Positions 39,811 through 48,594 of a stretch of DNA of 64,000 bases are shown one piece after another. Below the pieces are notes generated by a model that saw only the letters and a program-made list of their open reading frames with translations, searched no databases and was not told the DNA's origin. The DNA lies in the NCBI GenBank assembly GCA_044227985.1, contig JBGAVT010000003.1, positions 20,250 through 84,249 of the forward strand. The letters run 5' to 3'. A program made the translations under genes and the position numbers. The DNA is from Candidatus Saccharimonadales bacterium (GTDB lineage Bacteria; Patescibacteriota; Saccharimonadia; Saccharimonadales; JAGPDM01). The first letter of the stretch is position 1, and each line of letters opens with the position of its first letter.

Positions 39811-40496
39811 CGAAAAAACAAAACGGTTTCACAATTGTTGAATTGCTGATTGTGATTGTCGTGATTGGAATTTTGGCTGCTTTGACTACTATCGGTACTG
39901 GTCGATATCAACGTAACGCTCGGAATCAATCAAAGATAGTCGCCGCACAAGGCCTTTCGACCTCACTCCGTACGTATCTTGGAGAGTTTAATAAGTATCC
40001 AATGAAAAGACACACTTGCCTTGGTTATGGTGATGATTATTCTGCCGATGGCGATTATTGTATGTTTTTCAGTCTTGATGGTGGCGTAACTCAATCTGCA
40101 AATGGAAACTTCCGGGTGAGAAATGAATTCAACAAAGAACTTGCCAAAGTAACAACCGAAGCACGACCAAAAATGAATACAGAACCAATCGGTGGTAATC
40201 TTGGTTCTGCTTATGTGCTTATGGGTGGGATCAATTTTAATTATAATGAACCAGTCTCAGGATATACTGGCGGGACAGTGAAAGACAGTGATAACGTTGT
40301 TTATGACCATTGGTATTTTATACAATATATACTAGAGGGCAACAATGAAGACTGCGGAGTTACGACAGTCAAGTACGAGGGTGATATAAATAATTTTACT
40401 ATTTCTGATGGTAAGAATTCGTTTAGCGACGGCACTAACACTCTGTGCATAAGTGCGCTTCCAGATCCAGAGCACCCAGACTCTCCGATTAACTAG
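39807..40496 (+). CDS. type IV pilin-like protein (tandem paralog)
   Basis: 229 aa with [21 protein letters not shown] and four Cys in equivalent positions. Ends NTLCISALPDPEHPDSPIN. ATGA overlap with the upstream pilin gene. Confidence 0.8.
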   Translation: MTKKQNGFTIVELLIVIVVIGILAALTTIGTGRYQRNARNQSKIVAAQGLSTSLRTYLGEFNKYPMKRHTCLGYGDDYSADGDYCMFFSLDGGVTQSANGNFRVRNEFNKELAKVTTEARPKMNTEPIGGNLGSAYVLMGGINFNYNEPVSGYTGGTVKDSDNVVYDHWYFIQYILEGNNEDCGVTTVKYEGDINNFTISDGKNSFSDGTNTLCISALPDPEHPDSPIN

Positions 40497-41063
40497 CTAG
40501 TAATCAATACCTTTATTTGCCATAAATTTATTATCGAAGTGATGTTTCAACTTAGTCATATTTGTAGCAATATCAACGTCGTTCAGTAAATCTTTGGGAA
40601 AATCACGACCGGTTAGACATAAACTAGTATCAGTATTTCTATTTTTTATCATATCTTTTACTTGCTCAGGCTTAATAAGCCCATCATGCATTGCATTGTT
40701 AATTTCATCACAGATTACCAGATCGAATTCACCACTTTGGGTGGCTTTGATCGCAAACTCGAGTGTTTCTTGAGCGGCTTGCTTGTGTTGATTATTACTA
40801 ATCCCAGCAGCACTCATTTCACCGGCATCATAAAATCCTTTGCCTCCGCGAAACATTTTCAAATTGTCTTGATAAATTGGTTCAATATCTTTGATGAACT
40901 GGTGTTCACCAACCTCCCAGTGTTTGATAAACTGCACGAAAGCTACGCGCCAGCCAGTCCCTAGCGCACGGACCAATAGGCCCAGTCCGGCGCTTGTTTT
41001 TCCTTTGCCCTCGCCTGTGTATACGATGACTACGGATGGTTTAGTTTCAAAATCTTCAAACAT
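40497..41063 (-). CDS. cob(I)yrinic acid a,c-diamide / cob(I)alamin adenosyltransferase (CobO/BtuR family)
   Basis: 188 aa: VIVYTGEGKGKTSAGLGLLVRALGTGWRVAFVQFIK...LVICDEIN, the P-loop CobA/CobO/BtuR pattern. Confidence 0.8.
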   Translation of the reverse strand: MFEDFETKPSVVIVYTGEGKGKTSAGLGLLVRALGTGWRVAFVQFIKHWEVGEHQFIKDIEPIYQDNLKMFRGGKGFYDAGEMSAAGISNNQHKQAAQETLEFAIKATQSGEFDLVICDEINNAMHDGLIKPEQVKDMIKNRNTDTSLCLTGRDFPKDLLNDVDIATNMTKLKHHFDNKFMANKGIDY

Positions 41064-41132
41064 ATACTTATTATAACGTAGCCCGAAGACGACCGAAAGT
41101 CGCTGGAGAATAAAGTGAGTTTTTTTGTAGTG

Positions 41133-41366
41133 TTAGACTATCCAAATAAATTCTGTATAAATTGTTAGAATATAACCGACGACTAATAACACAGCACCAC
41201 CCACAGCTAACTTTTGTTCTCTTTTCATGGCTGAAAAAACATTCTCATCAACCTTGTGCTCGTTGAGAAACCGGTGGTGAACACGTAGTGCCGCATAAGC
41301 GACCATTAAACCACCGAAAAGCTCAGTGGTGGCAGCAAGGAGGCGTAGGAGTATATGGGTATCCAT
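41133..41366 (-). CDS. small membrane protein, hypothetical
   Basis: 77 aa with 2 TM helices. TATACT lies 8 nt upstream of the ATG. Confidence 0.45.
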   Translation of the reverse strand: MDTHILLRLLAATTELFGGLMVAYAALRVHHRFLNEHKVDENVFSAMKREQKLAVGGAVLLVVGYILTIYTEFIWIV

Positions 41367-41409
41367 GACGGCTAAGTATAACTATCGACGATAGTGCTGT
41401 CGAGTAAAC

Positions 41410-43431
41410 TTAAAGCCAAGTTTTAAGTTTTTCAGCGAAAGCTTCAGGAGTAAAACCGAACTTTTCGTCGAGTATTGTGTATGGTGCGCTGAAACCAAAG
41501 TGATTAAGACCATGAATACGGTCGATGTCACCAACTAACCCAAGAAGATTAACCGACAAGCCGGCAGTGATACCGGCGCGTGGAACTCTTTCTGGGAGTA
41601 CTTCGTTCTGGTACTCCTCTGGTTGTTCTCGAAATTTTCCTTCACTCGGAACACTTACGATTCGAATCATGCTATCAGGTAGCAGTTTTGCGGCGTCGAG
41701 TGCAGTACTAACTTCGCTACCATTGGCGATAACGACGAGTTCGGGTGCTTGGACTGGCTCTTGGACGATATATGCGCCTTGTTCAGCGTGCTTGGCATCC
41801 TCAAAGCGACTAATTCCTTTCATCGGCAGGTCTTTTACGTTTTGACGAGTTAAGATTAGTCCAGTTGGCGTGTCGGTATTTTCCATTGCCATTTTCCAAG
41901 CCACTGTTGTTTCAGCACTATCGGCAGGTCGAAGTGCTAGCAATCCTGGTTTGCCATCGTGATTATGTAGTTTTTCTAGGAGTCGTAACTGAGCTTCTTG
42001 TTCAATTGGCTGATGGGTCGGACCATCTTCTCCTACTCGGAAGGCATCATGTGTCCACATGAACTTGACCGGTTGTTGCATCAAAGCTGCCATCCGTAGT
42101 ACTGGTTTCATATAGTCAGAAAATGCAAAGAATGTTCCACAAACTGGGATAACGCCACCATGAAGACTCATGCCCACAGCAACTGCCGCCATAGTTAGCT
42201 CGCTAACGCCAGCTTGCATAAACTGTCCAGCGAAATTATCACGTGTAAATATTTGTGATTTTTTTAAAAAACCATCAGTTTTGTCGCTATTAGCTAGATC
42301 TGCACTCATGACAATCATGTTTGGAATGTTATCGGCAAAAGCTGCTAAAACATGGCTGCTACTAGCTCGTGTAGCAATATTTTCTTTTTGGGATGATGCA
42401 ATTTCTTCCCAATTAATTTCTGGCGTTTTACCGCTCAAAAAGCTGTCGAGTTCAGCTGCTTCATTCGGATTTTCTGCTCGCCATGACTTTTCACTAGCCT
42501 TTTTCTCACTAATTATCTTACGTTTTCGGTTAGTAGATTCTTCGTATAATTTCGCAACGTCTTCCGCTATTACAAAAGGATTACTTGGGTTTCCACCAAG
42601 TGCGGAAATAGTTTTATCAAAGTCTGCGCCAGCTGCACTCATTGGCTGACCGTGCATACTCACTTGTCCCTCAAATGGATCACCGTTTGCGTCGACTGCA
42701 CCTTTTCCCATGATTGTTTTGCCTATAATGAGATTTGGTTTGCTTGACGTTTGTGCTTGCTCGAGTGCACCTTCAATTTGCATAAAATCATTGCCGTCAA
42801 TTTCAACGACATTCCAACCCCAAGCACGGTATTTGGCTGCCGTGTCTTCAGATGTGACGTCTTTTGTTTTGCTGGAAAGTTGAACGTCGTTACTGTCGTA
42901 AAACATGATTAGGTTTCCGAGCCCTAAATGCCCTGCAAGTCGTCCAGCTCCTTGACTAATTTCTTCTTGAATTCCGCCGTCACTTATAAATAGATAGGTT
43001 TTATGCTCGGTCCATTTACCAAAACGTTCGCGCAAAAATCGCTCAGCAATAGCTGCGCCAACACCGTATGTGTGGCCTTGGCCGAGTGGACCCGAAGTGT
43101 TCTCGATGCCGTGGGCGTGGTCGATCTCTGGATGACCAGGTGTGTGGCTACCCCATTGTCGAAAGTTTTCTAGTTGTGATAGTTCGATCCGTCCTGATAA
43201 GGCTAAGATACTGTAAAGCATTGGAGACATGTGTCCAGCGTCGAGGAAGAACCTGTCACGCCATGGATATTCAGCATCATCTGGGTCGTCGTTAAGGAAT
43301 TTAGAGTAAAGTGTATGGATGTAGTCGGATGCGCCCATAGCCCCACCTGGGTGACCGCTTCCAGCTTTTTCAACCATCGCTCCGCTTAAGATTCTGACTG
43401 TATTTGCCGCTTTTAGATCAATTTCTGACAT
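41410..43431 (-). CDS. tkt: transketolase
   Basis: GSGHPGGAMG...HTPGHPE...GPLGQG...GEDGPTHQPIEQ motifs. I chose ATG 43431 because AGGAG lies 5 nt upstream; the ORF-track start is 43488. Confidence 0.93.
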   Translation of the reverse strand: MSEIDLKAANTVRILSGAMVEKAGSGHPGGAMGASDYIHTLYSKFLNDDPDDAEYPWRDRFFLDAGHMSPMLYSILALSGRIELSQLENFRQWGSHTPGHPEIDHAHGIENTSGPLGQGHTYGVGAAIAERFLRERFGKWTEHKTYLFISDGGIQEEISQGAGRLAGHLGLGNLIMFYDSNDVQLSSKTKDVTSEDTAAKYRAWGWNVVEIDGNDFMQIEGALEQAQTSSKPNLIIGKTIMGKGAVDANGDPFEGQVSMHGQPMSAAGADFDKTISALGGNPSNPFVIAEDVAKLYEESTNRKRKIISEKKASEKSWRAENPNEAAELDSFLSGKTPEINWEEIASSQKENIATRASSSHVLAAFADNIPNMIVMSADLANSDKTDGFLKKSQIFTRDNFAGQFMQAGVSELTMAAVAVGMSLHGGVIPVCGTFFAFSDYMKPVLRMAALMQQPVKFMWTHDAFRVGEDGPTHQPIEQEAQLRLLEKLHNHDGKPGLLALRPADSAETTVAWKMAMENTDTPTGLILTRQNVKDLPMKGISRFEDAKHAEQGAYIVQEPVQAPELVVIANGSEVSTALDAAKLLPDSMIRIVSVPSEGKFREQPEEYQNEVLPERVPRAGITAGLSVNLLGLVGDIDRIHGLNHFGFSAPYTILDEKFGFTPEAFAEKLKTWL

Positions 43432-43592
43432 ACTTGCTCCTGTTAACTTGCTACTCTTCAGTTTCGCAGACAATCTATACTCCGTCAATTATGGAGATGA
43501 GTGATGATAACACCTCTCTGTTACTAAGTTATCTGTAAAAATGAATAATTATGGTTGAATAGGTCGGTTGAATGCTAAAAAAACTAATACTT

Positions 43593-43847
43593 CTAATCCC
43601 ACCAAAAAAGATATGAAAAGAAACATATTATTACTGCAACAATAAAGAAAAACCATTCATACCATCGAACATGCTTATGTTTAGCTAGACGATAAACAAC
43701 GATAAATAAAATGCATAAAACAAAGGATGCTACGAAGATGTTTAACCAAACTGCAAAAAACAAATAATCCCAAGCCCAATTATCGATAGAATCTCTTAAA
43801 TCATTTAAGCGAAGTAATTTAATAGTATTCTCACGCCAGATTTGCAT
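43593..43847 (-). CDS. small membrane protein, hypothetical
   Basis: 84 aa with 2 TM helices. TATAGT lies 7 nt upstream of the ATG. Confidence 0.45.
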   Translation of the reverse strand: MQIWRENTIKLLRLNDLRDSIDNWAWDYLFFAVWLNIFVASFVLCILFIVVYRLAKHKHVRWYEWFFFIVAVIICFFSYLFWWD

Positions 43848-43963
43848 TAAATCAACTATACATTACCCAATACAACAATAAAAGATACCCGGATGGACAA
43901 CTTTTATTATTTAATACAGACTAATAGCAAATTAATATTCAGCCGTACTATCTGGCAGGATGA

Positions 43964-44218
43964 CTAGCCTTTGGCTTTGAGTAGTTTCTCGATTTTTGGT
44001 TTGTCAAAACCTACGATGATTTCACCATCGATATCGATAACTGGTACACCCATTTGCTGACTTTTTTCGATCATTTCTTTTTGTGCATCGAGGTCGACTG
44101 CTACGTCTTTTTGGGTAAAAGCAAAATTGTTTTTATCAAAGTAGTCTTTTGCCATGTGACAAAATCCACATGTTGGTGTGGTGTACATTGTTATTGTTGG
44201 TTGTGTTGCGTCGCTCAT
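43964..44218 (-). CDS. glutaredoxin-like / NrdH-type redoxin
   Basis: 84 aa thioredoxin fold with CGFC active site (TTPTCGFCHMAKDYF) and a GVPVI motif. Confidence 0.8.
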   Translation of the reverse strand: MSDATQPTITMYTTPTCGFCHMAKDYFDKNNFAFTQKDVAVDLDAQKEMIEKSQQMGVPVIDIDGEIIVGFDKPKIEKLLKAKG

Positions 44219-44219
44219 G

Positions 44220-44504
44220 TTAGCGCTCCTTCATTAATTTAATTACTTGTTGAACAGTTGTGTCTTCTTCGCGAATTCGGTAGCAAATCTTTTGCCCCAT
44301 TCGTTCCGGTTCAAGTATGCCGCTCTGCTCTAAAATCTTGAGCTGCTGGCTAGTACCCGCGGTAGAAATACCAAGCTCGGTGCTGAGCTCGCTTACGCAA
44401 ATGTCTTTTCGTGTACTCAAAAGCTCAACAATCCGATATCGGGTTTTGTCGCCAAGCGAGTTGAACATAGAAATTAGTTTGCGAGATAAATCCAAAGATT
44501 TCAC
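44220..44504 (-). CDS. ArsR/SmtB-family transcriptional regulator
   Basis: 94 aa winged HTH: LGDKTRYRIVELLS...ICVSELSTELGISTAGTSQQLKILEQSGIL. GTG start. One nt separates it from the redoxin gene. Confidence 0.82.
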   Translation of the reverse strand: MKSLDLSRKLISMFNSLGDKTRYRIVELLSTRKDICVSELSTELGISTAGTSQQLKILEQSGILEPERMGQKICYRIREEDTTVQQVIKLMKER

Positions 44505-44509
44505 TTTCT

Positions 44510-44579
44510 TTTGGTTAAAATTATGTTTAATTGTTTAACCAAACACTTAAATACTATTCCTTTCTAAGCTTATTGTCAA
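44510..44579 (-). promoter_or_regulatory. arsR-family operon promoter and candidate operator
   Basis: Minus strand: TTGACA (44579-44574), a 17-nt spacer, TAGTAT (44556-44551). A perfect 10-14-10 inverted repeat TTTGGTTAAA / TTTAACCAAA (44510-44519 / 44534-44543) follows, between the -10 and the GTG start. Confidence 0.6.
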
Positions 44580-44652
44580 TATGTTTTGTGTTTTTTACTC
44601 CAACTTGTCAACTTTTACATTTTGGTCTATAAATTATACTGGCAAGCAACGA

Positions 44653-45009
44653 ATGACAGAACGCAGCACAAATCAACCAAATGATGGAGATGGTAAAATA
44701 CCAGCTTTTAACTGTGATCATTGCACAGTTAGAATTAAATCTAATCAGATTCTACGAACTTCTGATGATGGCGACTCCCCGTATTCATTTCCAGAGCTAG
44801 ATGTTGATGTTGAATGTGGGCAGCCGTTAACTCGAACAAGACTTGCAGATTTTTTTCCATATCACAAAACGACAATTTCTGCTCCGGAAGGAATCTTTGA
44901 TACTTTTGATGCTGCAATCGATAGTATGATGGTCCTCGCGACCATGGCTCTTTGGGAGTCGTGCAGATTTAACCCAGATAATCTAGAGACGCCAGTTGAA
45001 TTAAACTAA
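44653..45009 (+). CDS. hypothetical protein
   Basis: The ORF-track ORF starts at 44581, but that codon abuts the divergent -35 box. ATG 44653 (MTERSTNQ...) is the more plausible start. No family recognised. Confidence 0.45.
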   Translation: MTERSTNQPNDGDGKIPAFNCDHCTVRIKSNQILRTSDDGDSPYSFPELDVDVECGQPLTRTRLADFFPYHKTTISAPEGIFDTFDAAIDSMMVLATMALWESCRFNPDNLETPVELN

Positions 45010-45015
45010 AATTTT

Positions 45016-45249
45016 TTAGGTGGTGGCCTTAGCGATTAAGAGAATACCGACTACGATTAAAAGCATCCCTGACATTCCTACTAATGAAGTTTTCTCATGG
45101 ATAAAAATTATTCCGAATGCGGTCGATAAAACAATGCTTGCGCCGAAAACCATCGGAGAAATTACTGACACCTCTCCTCCCTTTTGAAATATTTTTGCAA
45201 ATGATATTGCGAAGATTGCTAGCGAAATACTAGAAAATACTGCGAACAC
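45016..45249 (-). CDS. small 3-TM membrane protein (SMR/EamA-half-like)
   Basis: 77 aa with three hydrophobic helices. GTG start preceded by a strong GGAGGAG SD. Confidence 0.5.
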   Translation of the reverse strand: MFAVFSSISLAIFAISFAKIFQKGGEVSVISPMVFGASIVLSTAFGIIFIHEKTSLVGMSGMLLIVVGILLIAKATT

Positions 45250-45448
45250 AACTCCTCCTCTACTATTAAGCAGAAGATTAGTTTGTAGGTATTTTTATTT
45301 CAATAAAATAGAGTTAAAAATCGAAACAGGAAAGAGATTAGCTGCAGCACTCACTACTAAGTTATCTGTTTGACACCTGCTAGTTTTTTGTTAATTTGAA
45401 ATGATGCATAGCTGATTGTCGCTAAAATTATGAGAGATAATAGCTTGA

Positions 45449-46057
45449 TTATGTTTCAACAAACTCGATGCACCGAGCATGATGTGCTGCATCGATTTTG
45501 CCGAGCTCAAGCATGACATCTACCATTTCGCGAATTGTTGCGAAATGATGCAAGTTAACTCCTGCTTCTTGTAGTGCTATTTCTCCACCCTTGTTGTAAT
45601 CGAGTAGAACGGCTGCATCAGATATTCTTAGGTCGAATGACTGCAGTGCGGAAACAACCTCAAGCAGTGAAGTACCTTTAGTGGTAAGGTCTTCAATCAC
45701 TAATATTTCTTCTTGCTCATACCATTCACCTTCAAGCGCTTTCTGTAATCCATAGGCTTTTACGGCAGCCTCTTTGCGTAGAAAAATCCATGGTCGTTCC
45801 ATCTCGAGGCTGATTGCTCCTGCGATTGGGAGCGCCGCGTAGGCCACGCCGGCCAGCCGATCGAAGTGGATGTCTTTAATCATTTCTGAATAGACTTTAG
45901 CTACTTGTTTCATTAAAGCAGGATGGCTTATGAGTAGACGTAGGTCGATATACATAGGGCTTTCGATACCGCTTTTTAATGTAAAATCACCAAATTTGAG
46001 AGCTCCAATTTGGTTTAAAGCGATTGCTAGTTCATTTTTAGATATATTGTTCATCAT
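45449..46057 (-). CDS. pyrE: orotate phosphoribosyltransferase
   Basis: ALKFGDFTLKSGIESPMYIDLR...ILVIEDLTTKGTS PRPP-binding motif. I chose the start at the MMNNISK Met pair (46057/46054) after a GAGGGGG SD. It overlaps the pyrF 3' end. Confidence 0.88.
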   Translation of the reverse strand: MMNNISKNELAIALNQIGALKFGDFTLKSGIESPMYIDLRLLISHPALMKQVAKVYSEMIKDIHFDRLAGVAYAALPIAGAISLEMERPWIFLRKEAAVKAYGLQKALEGEWYEQEEILVIEDLTTKGTSLLEVVSALQSFDLRISDAAVLLDYNKGGEIALQEAGVNLHHFATIREMVDVMLELGKIDAAHHARCIEFVET

Positions 46058-46847
46058 TTGCCCCCTCTGTAATTTTTTGTATTGTTTTCTCGATATCCTG
46101 ATGAAGTTCAAGTGCTGCTTGGCGGGGATCTTCAGCGAATATGATGCTTCTGCTGGCAGATATTTGAACACCACCGAGTTGGTCATTTAATCCAGCGCGA
46201 AGTGATTGTTCAAGGTCACCGCCCTGAACCCCGATACCAGGGATTAATAGCGAGGTCTTGTTGCCAGCAAGGTTGCGTATGACTTCTAGCTCCTCGGGAT
46301 ATGTAGCGCCTGCAACCAAGCCTATTGTTGCGTTGACATCGAGCCCGCAAAAACTCTGTACTACACGCTTGTACACTTCTTCTCCTTCGACCACCTGTAA
46401 CTGCATTTCATCGCTACCAGGATTACTCGTACGAGCCAAGATGTATAGCGTCCGATCATATTCATAAAAAGGCGCTAATGCCTCAATCCCCATGTACGGT
46501 TGTAGCGTGACGGCATCAGCAGCTAAATAGTCGAAAACAAACGATGCATAGCCACGATTTGTGTTGCCGATGTCACCGCGCTTGGCGTCTATGATGATAT
46601 ATGTATCTGGGGCAACTTTACGAATGTAGTCACAGGTTTTTTTGAGATTCTCAATACCTCGAGCTCCATCAGCCTCATAAAATGCAGTATTCGGCTTGTA
46701 GCTGCCGGCAATGTCTTTTGTTTGATCAATTATTCGTTTATTGAATTCAAATTGATTAAGTGTTCCAATTTTCTCAATATCTGGGTCTAACCCAATAACT
46801 AGTGCATTTGTAGCAAGTTGTTTCCAGTCAAAATTCTGGGCATTCAT
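46038..46847 (-). CDS. pyrF: orotidine 5'-phosphate decarboxylase (type 2)
   Basis: 269 aa: LVIGLDP...IIIDAKRGDIGNT...LLIPGIGVQGG. TGcTATAGT lies 9 nt upstream of the ATG. Confidence 0.88.
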   Translation of the reverse strand: MNAQNFDWKQLATNALVIGLDPDIEKIGTLNQFEFNKRIIDQTKDIAGSYKPNTAFYEADGARGIENLKKTCDYIRKVAPDTYIIIDAKRGDIGNTNRGYASFVFDYLAADAVTLQPYMGIEALAPFYEYDRTLYILARTSNPGSDEMQLQVVEGEEVYKRVVQSFCGLDVNATIGLVAGATYPEELEVIRNLAGNKTSLLIPGIGVQGGDLEQSLRAGLNDQLGGVQISASRSIIFAEDPRQAALELHQDIEKTIQKITEGANDEQYI

Positions 46848-46922
46848 ATCTGTCTAACTATAGCATAATTGCGGATAGACTCTTCGCTGTTATATCAAAA
46901 TGATATTTGCTAAACTGATTGT

Positions 46923-48005
46923 ATGCAGGGTTTCTACGATCCAGATAAGACTTTTGATGACAATTTTGATAATGGTCCGTTTTTTGATGAAATTCCCGCG
47001 TTAGTTCGTGACGGAAAACCAGTTTTTAATTTTCTTGGACATCCAATTTATTTACCGTTTGGTATTGGGGCAGGTCCGCTGCCAACGAGCAAACACGTTG
47101 CCGCAGCTTTTAAATTTGGTTATGATGTAGTCCATTATAAAACCCAGCGTAGTTATAGCTTTGAGGCAAATGAGTTTCCGAATGTCATACCAGTTGAATC
47201 ATCACACGCTATAAGCCTCGAAGAAGCCGAATCAGGCTTAACAAAAGCTAATTCATATCCCGAAAATCTTTCTGAGCTCGTGATCACTAATTCATTTGGT
47301 AATCCTAGTCGTGGTCCGGACTTCTGGCAGGAAGACATGAAGAAGGCTGTTGAATCGGCCGGTGAAGGTCAAGTAATGGTTGCTAGCGCCGTCGGCTCAA
47401 TTAAAGATGGTTTTTCTGAAGAAGATTATTGGGACGATTTTGCTGCTACTGCTCTACTTTGCAAAGAAGCTGGCGCACCAATTATTGAACTCAATCTATC
47501 GTGCCCAAATGTCGCCAGCGAAGGCGTGGTTTGTTATAACCAAACTGCAGTTATGGAGATTGTGACGCGGGCAAAAGAAGAAATTGGCAATACACCGCTT
47601 TTGATAAAGCTTGGATATTTTGAGCCCAAACAACAAGAACTTCTAGAAAACATTGTTATGGCTGTAGAGCCATTTGTAGCTGGAATTGCCAGTATAAATA
47701 CATTATCGGCAGCAGTGCGCAATAGCGACGGTACACAGGCGCTACCTGGCGAAGGACGATTGAAGTCAGGCCTTTGTGGCGCCGGGATTAAATGGGCGGG
47801 TCTTGATATGGTCCGCCGATTGAGTGAAATTCGTGCCGACACCAGTCTGGAGTTTTCTATCATCGGTGTGGGCGGTGTTATGCAACCGTCTGATTATTTT
47901 GCATATCGCGAGCTAGGCGCTGACGTTGTTCAGTCATGCACTGCGCCGATGTGGAACCCAAATTTAGCACATGAGATACTGAGTGAAATTAGAAGTAATG
48001 TCTAA
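46923..48005 (+). CDS. pyrD: dihydroorotate dehydrogenase (class 1-like)
   Basis: 360 aa: NSFGNPS...IELNLSCPNV...LLIKLG...IIGVGGV TIM-barrel flavoenzyme motifs. TGcTAAACT lies 6 nt upstream of the ATG. Confidence 0.78.
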   Translation: MQGFYDPDKTFDDNFDNGPFFDEIPALVRDGKPVFNFLGHPIYLPFGIGAGPLPTSKHVAAAFKFGYDVVHYKTQRSYSFEANEFPNVIPVESSHAISLEEAESGLTKANSYPENLSELVITNSFGNPSRGPDFWQEDMKKAVESAGEGQVMVASAVGSIKDGFSEEDYWDDFAATALLCKEAGAPIIELNLSCPNVASEGVVCYNQTAVMEIVTRAKEEIGNTPLLIKLGYFEPKQQELLENIVMAVEPFVAGIASINTLSAAVRNSDGTQALPGEGRLKSGLCGAGIKWAGLDMVRRLSEIRADTSLEFSIIGVGGVMQPSDYFAYRELGADVVQSCTAPMWNPNLAHEILSEIRSNV

Positions 48006-48582
48006 TCCGATCGACCAAACTGATGAATCAAGCTTTAAGCCCATGGTGATTTTTGGTTCTGCAGCATCATTATTCCGTAGTTTTTTAATCTGGATTTTTG
48101 GCTTACCTGCCTACATGTTATTAACGATTGGCGTTGCAGGCGCACTTTTGATTACGCTCTTTCCGCTCAGCCAGAATCTTCAACCCGATTCAAGCGTTAG
48201 TGTTTCTGCACCACCTCCATCACTTTTGCTATCACCACCAACTTTCTCTGGAACGATTATGATGTGGATTGGACTGCTGATGATGCTGGCAGCATTCTCG
48301 ATTTTTATTCGTGCAATTCGCCGTTTTTTCGAAGCGAAGGTTTCTTTGTTTGAGCAGCATAGGCTGATTTTTCTTAACGCATTGAGTATTATTTCCTGGG
48401 GAGTTATATGGTTTAATCCAGTGGTGCGCCAATATGTTCCGACCTCAGTATTAAACGAGCTATATTTACTCGTTTTATTTGTGATTTTTATTAGTCTTGG
48501 TCTAGAAAGAATCTTTGAGCGCCGTCGTGAACATGTTGAAGAAACCGTATTTGGTAGCGAAATAGACGAGCAAGAGAAATAA
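47983..48582 (+). CDS. hypothetical membrane protein
   Basis: 199 aa with about 4 TM helices. Overlaps the pyrD 3' end by 23 nt. Confidence 0.5.
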   Translation: MKLEVMSNPIDQTDESSFKPMVIFGSAASLFRSFLIWIFGLPAYMLLTIGVAGALLITLFPLSQNLQPDSSVSVSAPPPSLLLSPPTFSGTIMMWIGLLMMLAAFSIFIRAIRRFFEAKVSLFEQHRLIFLNALSIISWGVIWFNPVVRQYVPTSVLNELYLLVLFVIFISLGLERIFERRREHVEETVFGSEIDEQEK

Positions 48583-48594
48583 TTCTGGCTAGGA

